Source of the DNA: Alphaproteobacteria bacterium
Lineage (GTDB): Bacteria; Pseudomonadota; Alphaproteobacteria; MPNO01; UBA830
NCBI GenBank assembly: GCA_965243135.1
Contig: OZ251539.1
Coordinates: forward strand, 1,632,001 to 1,696,000
DNA: 64,000 nucleotides
Reading direction: 5' to 3'
Below the pieces are notes generated by a model, which saw only the letters and a list, made by a program, of their open reading frames with translations, made no database searches and was not told the DNA's origin. Numbering within the stretch: position 1 is the stretch's first letter; the number at the start of each line of letters is the position of its first letter. Both the position numbers and the translations under genes were made by a program. This document shows, in pieces, positions 38,194 to 49,708 of this stretch.

Positions 38194-38236
38194 TGCCTGT
38201 TGACCTCCTGATTCCCCGCGCGGGAAAGGCCCCGCC

Positions 38237-38983
38237 TCACGGACAGCATTCCGCGATCTCCCAGAACCGGTCCGCCGCCAGACTCGCGCCGCCGACCAGC
38301 GCACCGTCGACATTGTCCAGCGAAAGGATGTCGCCGGCGTTGCCGGGGTTGACGGAGCCTCCGTACAGAATGCGGACGAGATGCGGATCCGGAACCCTGT
38401 CGCGAAGCGCGGCGCGGATTGCGGCATGGACTTCCGCGATGTCGTCCGCGGCGGGCGTGCGCCCGGTCCCGATGGCCCACACCGGTTCGTAAGCGACGAT
38501 TGCGGTCGCGGCGGACGATTCGTTCGGCAACGAACCGGCCAGCTGGCCGGTCACGGTCGCGACGGTTGCGCCGGCGTCGCGCTGTTCCGCGGTTTCTCCG
38601 ATGCAGATCACGGTCACGAGGCCGCCGGCCTGCGCCGCCGCCGCCTTCGCGCGGACCAGCGAATCGCTTTCTCCGTGTCCGGCGCGGCGTTCCGAGTGTC
38701 CGACGATAACGTGGCTGCATCCCGCGTCGACCAGCATCGGCGCCGAGACGTCGCCCGTATGCGCCCCTTGCGGCTCGGCGCGGCAATCCTGGGCGCCGAG
38801 CGCCAGCGGCGCGGCGCCGATGGCGGATCGGGCCGGTGCCAGCAATGGCGTCGGCGGACAGATCAGCATGTCGAACCGGCGGGATTCTCGCTCTGCCAGC
38901 CTGGATGCGAGCGAACCGGCGAGGGCGGCGGCGAAGGCCGCAGTGCCGTTCATTTTCCAGTTGCCGACGATCAGGGCGTTCAT
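38237..38983 (-). CDS. tpiA: Triosephosphate isomerase
   Basis: GNWKMN, GHSERR, AYEPVWAIGTG, YGGSV, LVGGASL. Confidence 0.97.
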   Translation of the reverse strand: MNALIVGNWKMNGTAAFAAALAGSLASRLAERESRRFDMLICPPTPLLAPARSAIGAAPLALGAQDCRAEPQGAHTGDVSAPMLVDAGCSHVIVGHSERRAGHGESDSLVRAKAAAAQAGGLVTVICIGETAEQRDAGATVATVTGQLAGSLPNESSAATAIVAYEPVWAIGTGRTPAADDIAEVHAAIRAALRDRVPDPHLVRILYGGSVNPGNAGDILSLDNVDGALVGGASLAADRFWEIAECCP

Positions 38984-39241
38984 GCCAAGTGCCTTTACGG
39001 GAAAAGCGAAGCTGATGTCGGCGCGCGGGATGGTCGGCCCTGCGTCCCGACGGGCCGACTGTCTACCACAGGCCGAGGCTTTCGGAAACCGCTTCGAAGG
39101 CCGCAGCGACCGCCTTTCAGGCGCCGCGCAGCTGCGGGCGGAGACCGCCGCAAGGGTTGCCGCGCGGCGGCCTGCGTTGCAATATGCTCCGAGTGCGCTA
39201 TCTGACCGTTCCGAACCCATAAGCTGCCGGGAACGACCGCC

Positions 39242-39859
39242 ATGAACGACAATTTCGACAAAAAACATGACGACGCGTACGACAAGCTGGGCGAAAAGCT
39301 GGATAAAGCGCTTCCGCAAGACTGGCCGACGAAAAAGGGCGCTCCGGAATTCTGGGAAGAGCTCGGCAAGACCGTGGCCTCCTTCGCAGTTCTGGAAGAC
39401 ATTGTCGCCCGCGTTCTCGTCGCCATCACCGGCAGCAGCGAATACGAAGACGAGGAGTTGAGCGAGGAAGACTTGCACGGAATGATGGGGCAATTGAATG
39501 CGGGGCTCGGACAGCCCGTGTACGACAATCTGGCGTTCCTCATCGATCGCCTGGAAGAGACGCCTTTTCCCGACGAAAAGAACTTCGGCCCTATGCGCGC
39601 CGAACTCGTCCGCCGCATGAGATTGGTCAATCCCTGGCGGCACGCCATTTCTCGCGGCGCATGGGTGGGATTCGAAACGGGGCTCGGTCCTGTGCGGATG
39701 AAGTACGTTCGAAGAACGCGCGACGGTCTGGAGGGATTCTCCGACATTATGTCGCGGGACGACCTCGTGGGCATTCGGCGGAACGTCAACCTCGTGACGG
39801 ATTGCTTGCTCGTCACGATGCAGCTGCAGAAAATCAAGCTTCCCGATATCGGGCCGTAG
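39242..39859 (+). CDS. Hypothetical alpha-helical protein, possibly HEPN-like
   Basis: 205-aa ORF with protein-like composition (FWEELGKTVASFAVLE...WRHAISRGAW); more A/T-rich than flanks; TTGCAA-N16-TATCTG upstream. Confidence 0.7.
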   Translation: MNDNFDKKHDDAYDKLGEKLDKALPQDWPTKKGAPEFWEELGKTVASFAVLEDIVARVLVAITGSSEYEDEELSEEDLHGMMGQLNAGLGQPVYDNLAFLIDRLEETPFPDEKNFGPMRAELVRRMRLVNPWRHAISRGAWVGFETGLGPVRMKYVRRTRDGLEGFSDIMSRDDLVGIRRNVNLVTDCLLVTMQLQKIKLPDIGP

Positions 39860-39957
39860 GTTTGGCGCCGCTCGGGAACGCGGCCGCGTTTCGCGAGTCC
39901 GGCATCTCCGGCGGCGTGCCGTTCGGGAGCGGCGAAGCCGCGCGCCCGGACCCTCCC

Positions 39958-39986
39958 TTGCCGTTCGCGAACGCTCTCCGTATGAT
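39958..39986 (+). promoter_or_regulatory. Putative sigma70 promoter for ppiD
   Basis: TTGCCG-N17-TATGAT. Confidence 0.5.
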
Positions 39987-40018
39987 GCCGCTTCCGCATA
40001 TCCGAACAGAGAACGCAC

Positions 40019-41896
40019 ATGCTCCTTGAAAGCATGAAGAAGGGCGTCAGCAAGATCCTCATTCAGGTGCTTGCGGTTCTTCTCATCATCAGCTTTGCCG
40101 CGTGGGGCGTCGGCGACATGGTCGGCGTCATCGCGACGCCCGACGAAGTCGCGACCGTGGACGGCGAAAAAATCTCGCAGCGCGAATACCAGGAACAGTT
40201 CAGGCGGACGATGAACCGCCTGCGAAGCCAGATGGGAGATATCGACGCGCAGCAGGCGCGGACGCTCGGAATCGCCCGGTCGACCCTCGACGGCATGATT
40301 TCCCGCCGGCTTCTCGGCCGCGAGGCGGACGGGCTCGGCTTGCTCGTGGGCGACGAGCAGGTCGTCCGTCGCATACATGCGCAGCCGGGATTCCAGAACG
40401 CTCTCGGCCGATTCGACCGCGCCGCCTTCCAGTCGGCGCTGGCCAACAGCGGATTTACGGAAGCCGCCTACGTCGAGTCGCTCCGCCGGGACCTGCAGGA
40501 GGAATACCTGAGCGGAGCCCTCCGGCAAGGCGTCAGGGCGCCGCCGCAACTCGCCGACGTCATATTCCGCCACAGCCGCGAGCGCCGAACCGCGGAGGTG
40601 ATCAGGATCGAGCGGCCGGCGGCGTCGCCGACCCCCTCCGAACGGGATCTCGCCGCCTTTCTCGAAGAGAACCCCGAACCGTTCATGGCGCCGGAGTACC
40701 GGAGCCTGACGTTGCTGCATCTCGATCCCGAGAGAGTCGCCGGCGAGATGTCGCCGGCCCCCGAGCGGGTTCGGGAGGAATACGACAACAGGATCGATTC
40801 GATTACCGTGCCCGAGAAACGCCGTCTCGAGCAGATCCTTTTCAAGTCCGAAGAAAACGCTCGAAAGGCCTACGCGGCCCTCTCCGAAGGCCGCGCCTTC
40901 GAAGCGGTGGCCGCGGAGTTCCCGGAACGGCCGGCGACCGACCTCGGGCTGGTCGCCGAGACCGACCTTACCCCGGAAATCGCCGGCGCGGCCTTCGCCC
41001 TGAGCGCCGACGGCTTCACGGAGCCGGTCGAGACGCCCTTCGGCTGGCACCTCGTCAAGGTGCGGGAAATCGCGCCGGGACGAACGCCGACGTTCGCCGA
41101 GACGGAGGTGGAAATCCGCGACGAGCTCGCGCTGGAACTCGCGCTCGACGACATCGTGAAGCGCGCGAACAGGGTCGAGGACGCGTTCGCCGGCGGCGCC
41201 GGCGTCGAGGAGGCGGCAGCGGAGATCGGCGCAAGCCTTCGGCGGCTGGAGTCCGTCGACGCGGCGCTGAAATCCCGGGCCGGAACCGAAATCGAGGGAT
41301 TGCCCAAGGACTTGCGTTTCGTGGAAACCGCGTTCGATACGAAGAAGGGCGAGACGAGCGATCTCGTGGGAACCGACGCGGGCGGTTTCTTCGCGTTGCG
41401 GGTCGACGACGTCGCGGAGGCGGCCATGCGGCCGCTGGGCGAGGTGCGCGAGGCGGTGGCGGCCGCGTGGCGCAGGAGCCATCTCGACCATCTGGCGAGG
41501 CGGACCGCGGAGGAAATCGCGAAGGAAGCCGAAGCGGGCCGGTCGCTCGCCGGCATCGCGGAGACGCGCAACCTGGAGTTCGAGAAAATCGGCCCCGTCG
41601 ACCGCGCGGGAACGGAGGCGGAGTTTCCCCCTGCCCTGTTGCCCCGGTTGTTCGAGGCCGCGCGGGGCGCCGTCTTCCACGGCCCGACGGAAAGCGGAAA
41701 CGCGGTCGTTCGCATCGTGGACATCGAGACGACCGAGCCCGACAGGAGCGGCGACGACTACAGGGGCCTCGAAGAGGATCTGACGAGCGCGATGTTCGCC
41801 GACCTGCTCGAGGAGTACGTCCGCGCTTTGCGTCAGGAATACGACGTGGTCGTCAACCAGGCGGCCCTCGACGCGTTTTTCGCCAGCCAGAGATAG
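40019..41896 (+). CDS. ppiD: Peptidyl-prolyl isomerase D (SurA N-terminal domain plus parvulin)
   Basis: LIISFAAWG N-terminal anchor, ETPFGWHLVKV parvulin motif, divergent from tpiA. Confidence 0.88.
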   Translation: MLLESMKKGVSKILIQVLAVLLIISFAAWGVGDMVGVIATPDEVATVDGEKISQREYQEQFRRTMNRLRSQMGDIDAQQARTLGIARSTLDGMISRRLLGREADGLGLLVGDEQVVRRIHAQPGFQNALGRFDRAAFQSALANSGFTEAAYVESLRRDLQEEYLSGALRQGVRAPPQLADVIFRHSRERRTAEVIRIERPAASPTPSERDLAAFLEENPEPFMAPEYRSLTLLHLDPERVAGEMSPAPERVREEYDNRIDSITVPEKRRLEQILFKSEENARKAYAALSEGRAFEAVAAEFPERPATDLGLVAETDLTPEIAGAAFALSADGFTEPVETPFGWHLVKVREIAPGRTPTFAETEVEIRDELALELALDDIVKRANRVEDAFAGGAGVEEAAAEIGASLRRLESVDAALKSRAGTEIEGLPKDLRFVETAFDTKKGETSDLVGTDAGGFFALRVDDVAEAAMRPLGEVREAVAAAWRRSHLDHLARRTAEEIAKEAEAGRSLAGIAETRNLEFEKIGPVDRAGTEAEFPPALLPRLFEAARGAVFHGPTESGNAVVRIVDIETTEPDRSGDDYRGLEEDLTSAMFADLLEEYVRALRQEYDVVVNQAALDAFFASQR

Positions 41897-41971
41897 CGCG
41901 CGTCGCCGGCCGCGCGCGGAACCGCTTTCTCCCGTCGGCGCGCTGTCGCTGCAACAAGACGGAATTTTCGC

Positions 41972-43009
41972 GTGGACTTCAAGGACATACTCGGGTTAGT
42001 CGCAGACGGCGCCGCGCTCGATCGCGGCCAGGCGGAAACGGCGTTCGACATCATCATGTCGGGAAACGCCACGCCCGCGCAGATCGGCGCGTTTCTGATG
42101 AGTCTCAGGATTCGCGGCGAGACCGTCACCGAAATCGCCGCGGCCGCTCGCGTGATGCGCGCGAAGGCGGCCCGCGTCGCCGCGCCGCCGGACGCCATGG
42201 ACATCGTCGGGACCGGCGGCGACCGCAGCGGCACGCTCAACATCTCGACCGCTTCCGCGCTGACGGTGGCGGGTTGCGGAATCCCCGTGGCCAAGCACGG
42301 GAACCGCGCCCTTTCCTCGAAGGCCGGCGCCGCGGACGTCCTCGCCGCCCTCGGAGTCGACATAGACGCCGACATGCGGCTGATCGAGCGGTCGATCTCG
42401 GAGGCGAAAATCGGTTTCATGATGGCGCCGCGGCATCACAGCGCGACGCGGCATGTCGCGGGTCCGCGAGTCGAACTCGCGATCAGGACGGTCTTCAACA
42501 TGCTCGGGCCGCTTTCCAACCCCGCGATGGTCGACCGGTTGCTGGTGGGCGTGTTCGCGCCCGAATGGGTCGAGCCCCTCGCTCGCGTGCTTCGCGAGCT
42601 CGGAGCGCGGCGCGCCTGGGTCGTCCACGGCGCCGGACGGCTCGACGAGCTGGCGACCAACGGGCCGGCCGCCGTGGCCGCACTGGAAAACGGCGAAGTC
42701 AGGACCTTCGAGGTCGCGCCCGAGGAGGCGGGCCTTCCCGTCTGCGATCTGGAGGAATTGAGGGGCGGGGATGCGGAATACAACGCGGCGGCGCTGCGGA
42801 GCCTTCTCGCCGGAGAGCCCAGCGCCTATCGCGACACGGTGCTCCTTACCTCGGCCGCCGCGCTGGTCGTCGCCGAACGCGCCGGCGACCTCAGGGAGGG
42901 CGCGTCGATCGCGGCGGAGTCGATCGATCGCGGAGAAGCGCGCGAAGCGTTGCGGCGAATGGTGGAGATATCCCGCGAGCCCGCGCCCGACGAGGAAGAG
43001 GATGGTTGA
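41972..43009 (+). CDS. trpD: Anthranilate phosphoribosyltransferase
   Basis: [34 protein letters not shown]. Confidence 0.96.
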   Translation: MDFKDILGLVADGAALDRGQAETAFDIIMSGNATPAQIGAFLMSLRIRGETVTEIAAAARVMRAKAARVAAPPDAMDIVGTGGDRSGTLNISTASALTVAGCGIPVAKHGNRALSSKAGAADVLAALGVDIDADMRLIERSISEAKIGFMMAPRHHSATRHVAGPRVELAIRTVFNMLGPLSNPAMVDRLLVGVFAPEWVEPLARVLRELGARRAWVVHGAGRLDELATNGPAAVAALENGEVRTFEVAPEEAGLPVCDLEELRGGDAEYNAAALRSLLAGEPSAYRDTVLLTSAAALVVAERAGDLREGASIAAESIDRGEAREALRRMVEISREPAPDEEEDG

Positions 43010-43796
43010 CGCGCTGACCGGCATCTGCGCGACGAAGAGGGAACATGTCGCGGCCCGCAAGTCGGTCATGCCGCTGGCGGAGGTGGAGGCTGCCGCTCGG
43101 CGAGCGCCGCCGCCGCGCGGCTTTCTGCGCGCCCTGCGGTCCCGCGCCGGACGGTACGGACTGATCGCCGAAATCAAGAAGGCGTCGCCCAGCAAGGGCC
43201 TGATCAGGGAAGATTTCGATCCGCCGGACCTCGCGGAAGCCTACGAGCGCGCCGGCGCCGATTGCCTGTCGGTGCTGACCGACGCTCCCTACTTCCAGGG
43301 AGCGGACGAGCACCTGGCCGCCGCCCGCGGCGCCGCGTCGTTGCCGGTCCTGCGCAAGGACTTCATGATCGATCCCTACCAGATCGCCGAAGCGCGTATG
43401 CTCGGCGCCGATTGCGTTCTGCTAATAATGGCCGCTCTCGAGGACGGACTGGCGGCGGAGCTCGAAGTCGCCGCGACCGCTTGGGGAATGGATGCTCTGG
43501 TCGAGGTGCACGACGAGGAGGAGATGGAACGCGCTTTCCGGCTGAACTCGCCGTTGCTGGGAATAAACAACCGGAATCTCAAGACGTTGAAGACGGATCT
43601 CGATACCACGCGCAACCTTGCGCCGCGCGCCGGCGGCCGGTTCGTCGTGAGCGAGAGCGGACTCCGGACGGCGGCGGATCTCGACTCCATGTACGAGGCC
43701 GGCGCCCGCTGCTTTTTGATCGGCGAATCCCTGATGAGCCGCCCCGACGTGGAAAGCGCGACCCGCGCTCTGGTCGCGGGACCTGCGGATTCATGA
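43002..43796 (+). CDS. trpC: Indole-3-glycerol phosphate synthase
   Basis: [28 protein letters not shown]. Confidence 0.97.
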   Translation: MVDALTGICATKREHVAARKSVMPLAEVEAAARRAPPPRGFLRALRSRAGRYGLIAEIKKASPSKGLIREDFDPPDLAEAYERAGADCLSVLTDAPYFQGADEHLAAARGAASLPVLRKDFMIDPYQIAEARMLGADCVLLIMAALEDGLAAELEVAATAWGMDALVEVHDEEEMERAFRLNSPLLGINNRNLKTLKTDLDTTRNLAPRAGGRFVVSESGLRTAADLDSMYEAGARCFLIGESLMSRPDVESATRALVAGPADS

Positions 43797-44269
43797 CCGG
43801 GAAACTGACGCACCTCGACGACAGCGGCTCGGCGCGCATGGTGGACGTTTCGGACAAGGAGGTCAGCGACCGGACAGCGACCGCGCGAGGCAGCGTGTTG
43901 ATGTCACCCGCGACCCTGAAGCTGGTGGCGGAGGGAGCGATGAAGAAGGGCGACGTGCTCTCGGTCGCGCGACTTGCGGGGATCATGGCGGCGAAACGCG
44001 CGTCCGATCTGATTCCGCTCTGCCATCCGCTGCCGCTGAGCGGGGTCGACGTGAAGCTCGATTGCGATTCCGCGCGCGGCGCCGTCGACATCGAAGCGAC
44101 CTGCCGCGTTCGCGCCCGGACGGGCGTGGAAATGGAGGCGTTGACGGCCGTATCCGTCGCGGCGCTCACGGTTTACGACATGTGCAAGGCGGTCGATCGG
44201 GGCATGCGCCTTTCGGAGATCCGGCTGGTCCGCAAGGCTGGCGGCCGATCCGGCGAGTACGCGGCGTGA
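43793..44269 (+). CDS. moaC: Cyclic pyranopterin monophosphate synthase MoaC
   Basis: [35 protein letters not shown]. Confidence 0.97.
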   Translation: MTGKLTHLDDSGSARMVDVSDKEVSDRTATARGSVLMSPATLKLVAEGAMKKGDVLSVARLAGIMAAKRASDLIPLCHPLPLSGVDVKLDCDSARGAVDIEATCRVRARTGVEMEALTAVSVAALTVYDMCKAVDRGMRLSEIRLVRKAGGRSGEYAA

Positions 44270-45483
44270 GCGGCTTGCTGTCCGTAGCGGAGGCGCAGCG
44301 GCGCATTCTCGATGCGATGCCGCTGTTGCCGGCCGAACAGATCTCGGTGGCCGACGGCCTCGGCCGGGTGCTCGCCGCGGACGTGGCGGCGCGCCGAAGC
44401 CAGCCTCCGATGCCGGTCTCGGCGATGGACGGCTACGCCGTGCGCGCGGCCGACGTCGCCGCCCTTCCCTGCGAACTGCGGATCGTCGGCCGCGCGCCCG
44501 CAGGACACGCGTTCGACGGCGGAATCGGGCCGGGCGAAGCCGTCCGCATATTCACCGGCGCTCCGCTCCCGGACGGCGCGGACGCGGTGGTGATACAGGA
44601 AAACGCGGAGCGGAGCGGCGACCATGTCCGCGTGACCGGCGGCGGCGCGCCGCCGAGCGGCCGTTTCGTGCGTCCCGCGGGCCTCGACTTCGCCGAGGGC
44701 GACGTTTTGCTGAAGGCCGGACGCGCGCTGACCGCACGGGATGTCGGGCTGGCGGCGGCGATGAACGTTCCTTGGTTGATGGTTCGCCGGCGGCCGCGGA
44801 TTTCCATTCTTGCGACCGGCGACGAGATCGCGATGCCGGGCGACCCCGTCGGTCGCGACCAGATCGTGAGCTCCAACGCCCTGGCGCTGCGGGCGTTCGT
44901 ATCGGCCCAGGGAGGCGTCCCGGTCGATCTCGGCATCGCCCCGGACAACGAAGAGGGCCTTCGCGCGCTGGCGGCCGGCGCGAGCGGCAGCGACCTCCTC
45001 GTCACCACCGGAGGCGCTTCGGTCGGCGATCACGACCTCGTGCGAAACGTTCTCGGCGAACTCGAGTTCTGGCGCATCGCGATGCGCCCGGGAAAACCCT
45101 TGATATTCGGGGCCGTGGACAAGACGTTCCTGATCGGATTGCCGGGCAATCCGGTTTCGTCGCAGGTCTGCGCCGTGATGTTTCTCGCGCCGGCGATTCG
45201 CCGGATGTCGGGGGCGGCGGACGCGATGCCGCGCAAGGTCGCGGCGAAACTCGGCAAGGAACTTGACGCGAACGACGAACGGGAAGATTATCTTCGAGCG
45301 ACCCTCCAGCGGGACGAGAGCGGCGATCTGGTCGCCCTTCCCTTCCGTCGGCAGGACAGTTCCATGTTCGCACTCATGGCCGCCGCCGACGCGCTCGTCG
45401 TCCGGGCGCCGTTCGCGCCGAAGAGCCGCGTTGGCGAGATCGTCGATGTCGTGGCCCTCGACGGCAGCATATTCAGCATTTAG
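44266..45483 (+). CDS. moeA: Molybdopterin molybdotransferase MoeA
   Basis: [34 protein letters not shown]. Confidence 0.96.
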   Translation: MSGLLSVAEAQRRILDAMPLLPAEQISVADGLGRVLAADVAARRSQPPMPVSAMDGYAVRAADVAALPCELRIVGRAPAGHAFDGGIGPGEAVRIFTGAPLPDGADAVVIQENAERSGDHVRVTGGGAPPSGRFVRPAGLDFAEGDVLLKAGRALTARDVGLAAAMNVPWLMVRRRPRISILATGDEIAMPGDPVGRDQIVSSNALALRAFVSAQGGVPVDLGIAPDNEEGLRALAAGASGSDLLVTTGGASVGDHDLVRNVLGELEFWRIAMRPGKPLIFGAVDKTFLIGLPGNPVSSQVCAVMFLAPAIRRMSGAADAMPRKVAAKLGKELDANDEREDYLRATLQRDESGDLVALPFRRQDSSMFALMAAADALVVRAPFAPKSRVGEIVDVVALDGSIFSI

Positions 45484-45565
45484 GGGGCCGCCGCGCCGCT
45501 TCGCCGGAAAACGGACCGGCCCGAGCCGCCGCGAAGGCTTCGCCAACTTTCGCTTCAAGTGATTC

Positions 45566-45594
45566 TTGACACGAAAAGTGAACCAAACTAGAAC
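45566..45594 (+). promoter_or_regulatory. lexA promoter with alphaproteobacterial SOS box
   Basis: TTGACA-N17-TAGAAC; perfect GAAC-CAAACTA-GAAC (45580-45594) overlapping the -10. Confidence 0.88.
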
Positions 45595-45629
45595 AAGGGA
45601 GATGCGAACCAAAAACGGGAAATCAGGAC

Positions 45630-46307
45630 ATGCTGACAAAAAAGCAACACGAACTGCTCGTCTTCATCGATGCGTACCTCAAGGAGAAAGGCATCGCTCC
45701 GTCCTACGAGGAGATGAAGGTAGCGGTTAACCTCACCTCGAAATCGGGCATCCACCGGCTGATCGCCGGACTGGAAGAACGCGGTTTCATTTACCGGCTT
45801 CCGAACAGGGCGCGCGCCCTGGAAGTCCTCAAGCTTCCGCTCGACCGTCAGGCGAAGGGCTTCACCCCGCGCCTCGTCGACGACGAATTCGAGAGCGAGC
45901 AAGCGGAACCCGCGCCGTCGGACGAAACCGTCGCCCTGCCGTTTTACGGCAAAATCGCGGCCGGAACCCCTATCGAGGCCTTGAGCGACAACTCTCGCGT
46001 TTTCGAGGTCCCGCCCGCCCTCCTCGGAAGCGGAACTCACTACGCTCTCGAAATCGAGGGCGATTCCATGATCGATGCCGGCATCCTCGACGGAGACGTG
46101 GTGTTGATCAGGAGGTCCGATAAGGCGGAAAACGGAGACATCGTGGTCGCCCTCGTGGAGGATAAGGAAGCCACGCTCAAGCGATTCCGCAAGCGCGGCG
46201 CGTCGATCGCGCTGGAACCCGCGAACTCCGCGCACGAAACGCGGATATTCGGACCCGATCAGGTCCGTGTACAGGGCCGCCTCGTCGGCCTTGTGCGCAG
46301 ATATTGA
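45630..46307 (+). CDS. lexA: SOS repressor LexA
   Basis: [22 protein letters not shown] cleavage site, GDSM, TLKR. Confidence 0.98.
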   Translation: MLTKKQHELLVFIDAYLKEKGIAPSYEEMKVAVNLTSKSGIHRLIAGLEERGFIYRLPNRARALEVLKLPLDRQAKGFTPRLVDDEFESEQAEPAPSDETVALPFYGKIAAGTPIEALSDNSRVFEVPPALLGSGTHYALEIEGDSMIDAGILDGDVVLIRRSDKAENGDIVVALVEDKEATLKRFRKRGASIALEPANSAHETRIFGPDQVRVQGRLVGLVRRY

Positions 46308-46357
46308 CGGCGTTCGCCGCGCGGCAGGCCGCCTCGGTTCCCGCCAGCGAGAACGCG

Positions 46358-47770
46358 ATGAGCGTCGTCACCCGTTTCGCGCCCTCGCCGACCGGGCTCC
46401 TCCATATCGGAGGCGCCCGGACGGCCCTGTTCAACTGGCTGTACGCGCGGCACGCCGGCGGCAGTTTCCTGCTGCGCATCGAGGATACGGACCGCAAGCG
46501 CTCCACTCCGGAAGCCATCGATGCGATTCTGGACGGGCTCTCTTGGCTCGGACTGCATTGGGACGGCGAGCCGGTCTATCAGTACGGCCGCCGCGCGCGC
46601 CATGCGGAAATCGCGCTGGCGCTGGTCGAACGGGGCCTGGCCTATCGTTGCTACTGCACGCCCGAAGAACTCGCCGCCATGCGGAAACGGGCCAAGACCG
46701 AAAAGCGTTCCATGCGTTACGACGGAACCTGGCGCGACCGGGATCCTTCCGAAGCGCCGCCGGGAATCGATCCGGTCGTACGGTTTCGGGCTCCTGAAGG
46801 CGGGACGACGACGATCGACGATGCCGTCCAGGGCCGGGTGGAACTTGCCAACGCGGAACTCGACGATCTCGTTCTGTTGCGCGCTGACGGAACCCCGACC
46901 TACATGCTTTCGGTCGTCGTGGACGATCACGATATGGGCGTCACCCACGCCATTCGCGGCGACGATCACCTCACGAACGCCTTTCGGCAGACCGGGATAT
47001 TCCGGGCGCTCGGATGGACGCCGCCCGTCTACGCGCACATCCCCCTGATTCACGGTCCCGACGGCGTCAAGCTCTCCAAACGGCACGGCGCTCTCGGGGT
47101 CGAGGCTTATCGCGAAATGGGAATTCTGCCCCATGCCCTGCTGAACTACCTCTGCCGTCTGGGCTGGAGTCACGGCGACGACGAGACGTTCACCGTCGAG
47201 CAGGCCGTGGAATGGTTCGATGTCGCCGACGTAAACAGGGGCGCGGCGCGCTTCGATCCGGCGAAACTCAGGAATCTGAATGGCCTCCATATCTCGACGG
47301 CGGATGGGGCGGACTTGGTGGCGCTGATCGTTCCGCATATCGAGAAACGCTTGGCGAAGTCGTTGCCGGAAATGGCGATGGATCGCCTTCGCGCGGCGAT
47401 GGATTCATTAAAGTCGCGCGCTAAAACGATGAATGATCTTGTTGATTCATCGCTGTTTTATGTCGCGGAGAGGCCTCTGGAGTATTCCGAAAAGGCGGCG
47501 CGGCTGCTCGACGACGCGGCGCGCCGCCGATTGGCGGAACTGGGCGGCGCGTTTCTCGATCTGGACCGCTGGACGCAGGAAGAGATCGAACGGGCGGTGC
47601 GCGCGTTCTGCGATTCGCGCGAAATCAAGCTCGGCAAGGTGGCGCAGCCGCTCAGGGCGGCGCTTACCGGGACGGATGTCTCTCCCGGAATTTTCGAGGT
47701 GGCGGCGATCTTGGGACGCGACGAAACGCTGGGCCGCATCGACGATGCGGCATCCGGATCCGCAAACTGA
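46358..47770 (+). CDS. gltX: Glutamyl-tRNA synthetase
   Basis: [33 protein letters not shown]. Confidence 0.96.
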   Translation: MSVVTRFAPSPTGLLHIGGARTALFNWLYARHAGGSFLLRIEDTDRKRSTPEAIDAILDGLSWLGLHWDGEPVYQYGRRARHAEIALALVERGLAYRCYCTPEELAAMRKRAKTEKRSMRYDGTWRDRDPSEAPPGIDPVVRFRAPEGGTTTIDDAVQGRVELANAELDDLVLLRADGTPTYMLSVVVDDHDMGVTHAIRGDDHLTNAFRQTGIFRALGWTPPVYAHIPLIHGPDGVKLSKRHGALGVEAYREMGILPHALLNYLCRLGWSHGDDETFTVEQAVEWFDVADVNRGAARFDPAKLRNLNGLHISTADGADLVALIVPHIEKRLAKSLPEMAMDRLRAAMDSLKSRAKTMNDLVDSSLFYVAERPLEYSEKAARLLDDAARRRLAELGGAFLDLDRWTQEEIERAVRAFCDSREIKLGKVAQPLRAALTGTDVSPGIFEVAAILGRDETLGRIDDAASGSAN

Positions 47771-48387
47771 GCCGTTTGCAAGGGTTTCGGGACGCGAGGG
47801 ACTTCATTGTCTTTTCGGTCCGTGTGCCCCCCGACGCGCTCCCGAAACAGGCTTTCAACAGGCCAGCCGCGGCCGTCAGGGAGGTTCCCAAACCGTCTCT
47901 CCCGCCTCGGACGTGAACGCCCGTCCCGTCGCAAGCGGCACGAAGCGTTTCTTGCCGCGAACGAGCCGAGGCGCCCGTCTAAATCCGGAAGTTCCAAGGC
48001 CGGGACGGGACGGCGCTTTTCAGGCTTGACGAGCTGCCGCCCGACCGCAACCCGAAGAGCTGGCGCACTCCGCGCCTGAGCCGAGACCGTCGCTCTCCGC
48101 CTCTTCGAGCGCCATGGCAAGCCGCCCCGGCCGGCCCCTTCTGCGACCGGCCGCCTGCGTTCGGGCCCCCGGATCCGCCGCGCCGCAGAGGCATTCGCCT
48201 GCTTCCCGACGGTTGGCCGTCCATGCGCCCTCGCGGATCCGGGTGGGCGGAGAGATCAGCGGCGCGCAGGACGGACAACAACCGGCGAAGGACAGCGCGG
48301 CGCGAACGCCCCGCGTTTGAAACGGGTTCGGAAAAGCGCTATTTTCCGCTTCCGTCGCCACGCAGGAACGACAACCGAGGAACATAC

Positions 48388-49698
48388 ATGACCCGGGTCA
48401 ACGCGCCAAAAAACAGCGTCACGCTGATCGACCACTCGACCGGCAGGGAACTCGATCTGCCGCTGGTGGACGGCACTGTCGGCCCGAAGGTAATCGACAT
48501 AAGGCAGCTGTACTCCGAACTCGATTACTTCACGTTCGATCCAGGGTTCATGGTTACCGGGAGCTGCAATTCCAGAATCACCTATATCGACGGAGACGAG
48601 GGCGTCTTGCTCTACCGGGGCTATCCGATCGAGGATCTCGCGGCCCAATGCGACTTCATGGAAGTCGCTTATCTTTTGCTGAAGGGCGAACTGCCGAACC
48701 GGGAAGAGAGCGCTCAGTTCGTGCGCGACATAACCTATCACACGATGGTGCACGAGCAGCTTCACAAATTCTACGACGGTTTCCGCCGCGACGCGCATCC
48801 CATGGCGATCATGTGCGGCGTCGTCGGGGCGCTGTCCGCCTTCTATCACGATTCGACCGACATCTCGGATCCGCACCAACGGATGATCGCCTCCTACCGG
48901 CTGGTGGCCAAGATGCCGACCATCGCGGCGTGGGCCTTCAAATACGCGCTCGGGCAGCCCTTCATGTACCCCCGCAACAACATGTCATACGCCGAAGATT
49001 TCACCCACATGATGTTCGCGACGCCGTGCGAAGACTACGAGGTCAATCCCGTTATCGCGCGGGCCATGGACCGGATTCTTACCCTGCATGCCGACCACGA
49101 GCAGAACGCTTCCACGTCCACGGTCAGGCTCGCGGGCTCTTCGGGAGCGAATCCGTTCGCCTGCATCGCCGCGGGCATCGCCAGTCTCTGGGGCCCGGCT
49201 CACGGCGGCGCCAACGAGGCGGTGCTTTCGATGCTGAGGCAAATCGGCGACTTCGACAAGATTCCGGAATACATACGCAAGGCCAAGGATCGGAACGATC
49301 CTTTCCGCCTGATGGGTTTCGGCCATCGCGTCTACAAGAACTTCGATCCCCGTGCGACGATCATGCGCGAAACCTGCCATGAGGTTTTGGGCGAACTCGG
49401 AATGGAGAACGAACCGCTTCTGAAGCTCGCGATGGAACTCGAACGGATCGCGCTGGAGGACGACTACTTCGTCGAGCGGAAGCTTTACCCCAACGTCGAT
49501 TTCTACTCCGGGATAATCTTCCGGGCGATCGGCATTCCCGAAACCATGTTCACCGTTCTGTTCGCCGTCGCCCGCACCGTCGGCTGGGTCGCGCAGTGGA
49601 ACGAGATGATCGAGGACCCCTATCAGAGAATCGGTCGGCCCCGCCAGCTCTACACGGGTCGCGAGCGGCGCGAATTCGTGCCGCTCGACGCCAGATAG
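48388..49698 (+). CDS. gltA: Citrate synthase (type II)
   Basis: [37 protein letters not shown]. Confidence 0.97.
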   Translation: MTRVNAPKNSVTLIDHSTGRELDLPLVDGTVGPKVIDIRQLYSELDYFTFDPGFMVTGSCNSRITYIDGDEGVLLYRGYPIEDLAAQCDFMEVAYLLLKGELPNREESAQFVRDITYHTMVHEQLHKFYDGFRRDAHPMAIMCGVVGALSAFYHDSTDISDPHQRMIASYRLVAKMPTIAAWAFKYALGQPFMYPRNNMSYAEDFTHMMFATPCEDYEVNPVIARAMDRILTLHADHEQNASTSTVRLAGSSGANPFACIAAGIASLWGPAHGGANEAVLSMLRQIGDFDKIPEYIRKAKDRNDPFRLMGFGHRVYKNFDPRATIMRETCHEVLGELGMENEPLLKLAMELERIALEDDYFVERKLYPNVDFYSGIIFRAIGIPETMFTVLFAVARTVGWVAQWNEMIEDPYQRIGRPRQLYTGRERREFVPLDAR

Positions 49699-49708
49699 GG
49701 CCGCCCGC

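Noticed and set aside
38237-41680. 1147-aa minus-strand ORF extending tpiA
   Set aside because: Only the last 248 aa are TpiA; the rest is an antisense shadow of ppiD and the orphan in stop-poor, high-GC DNA
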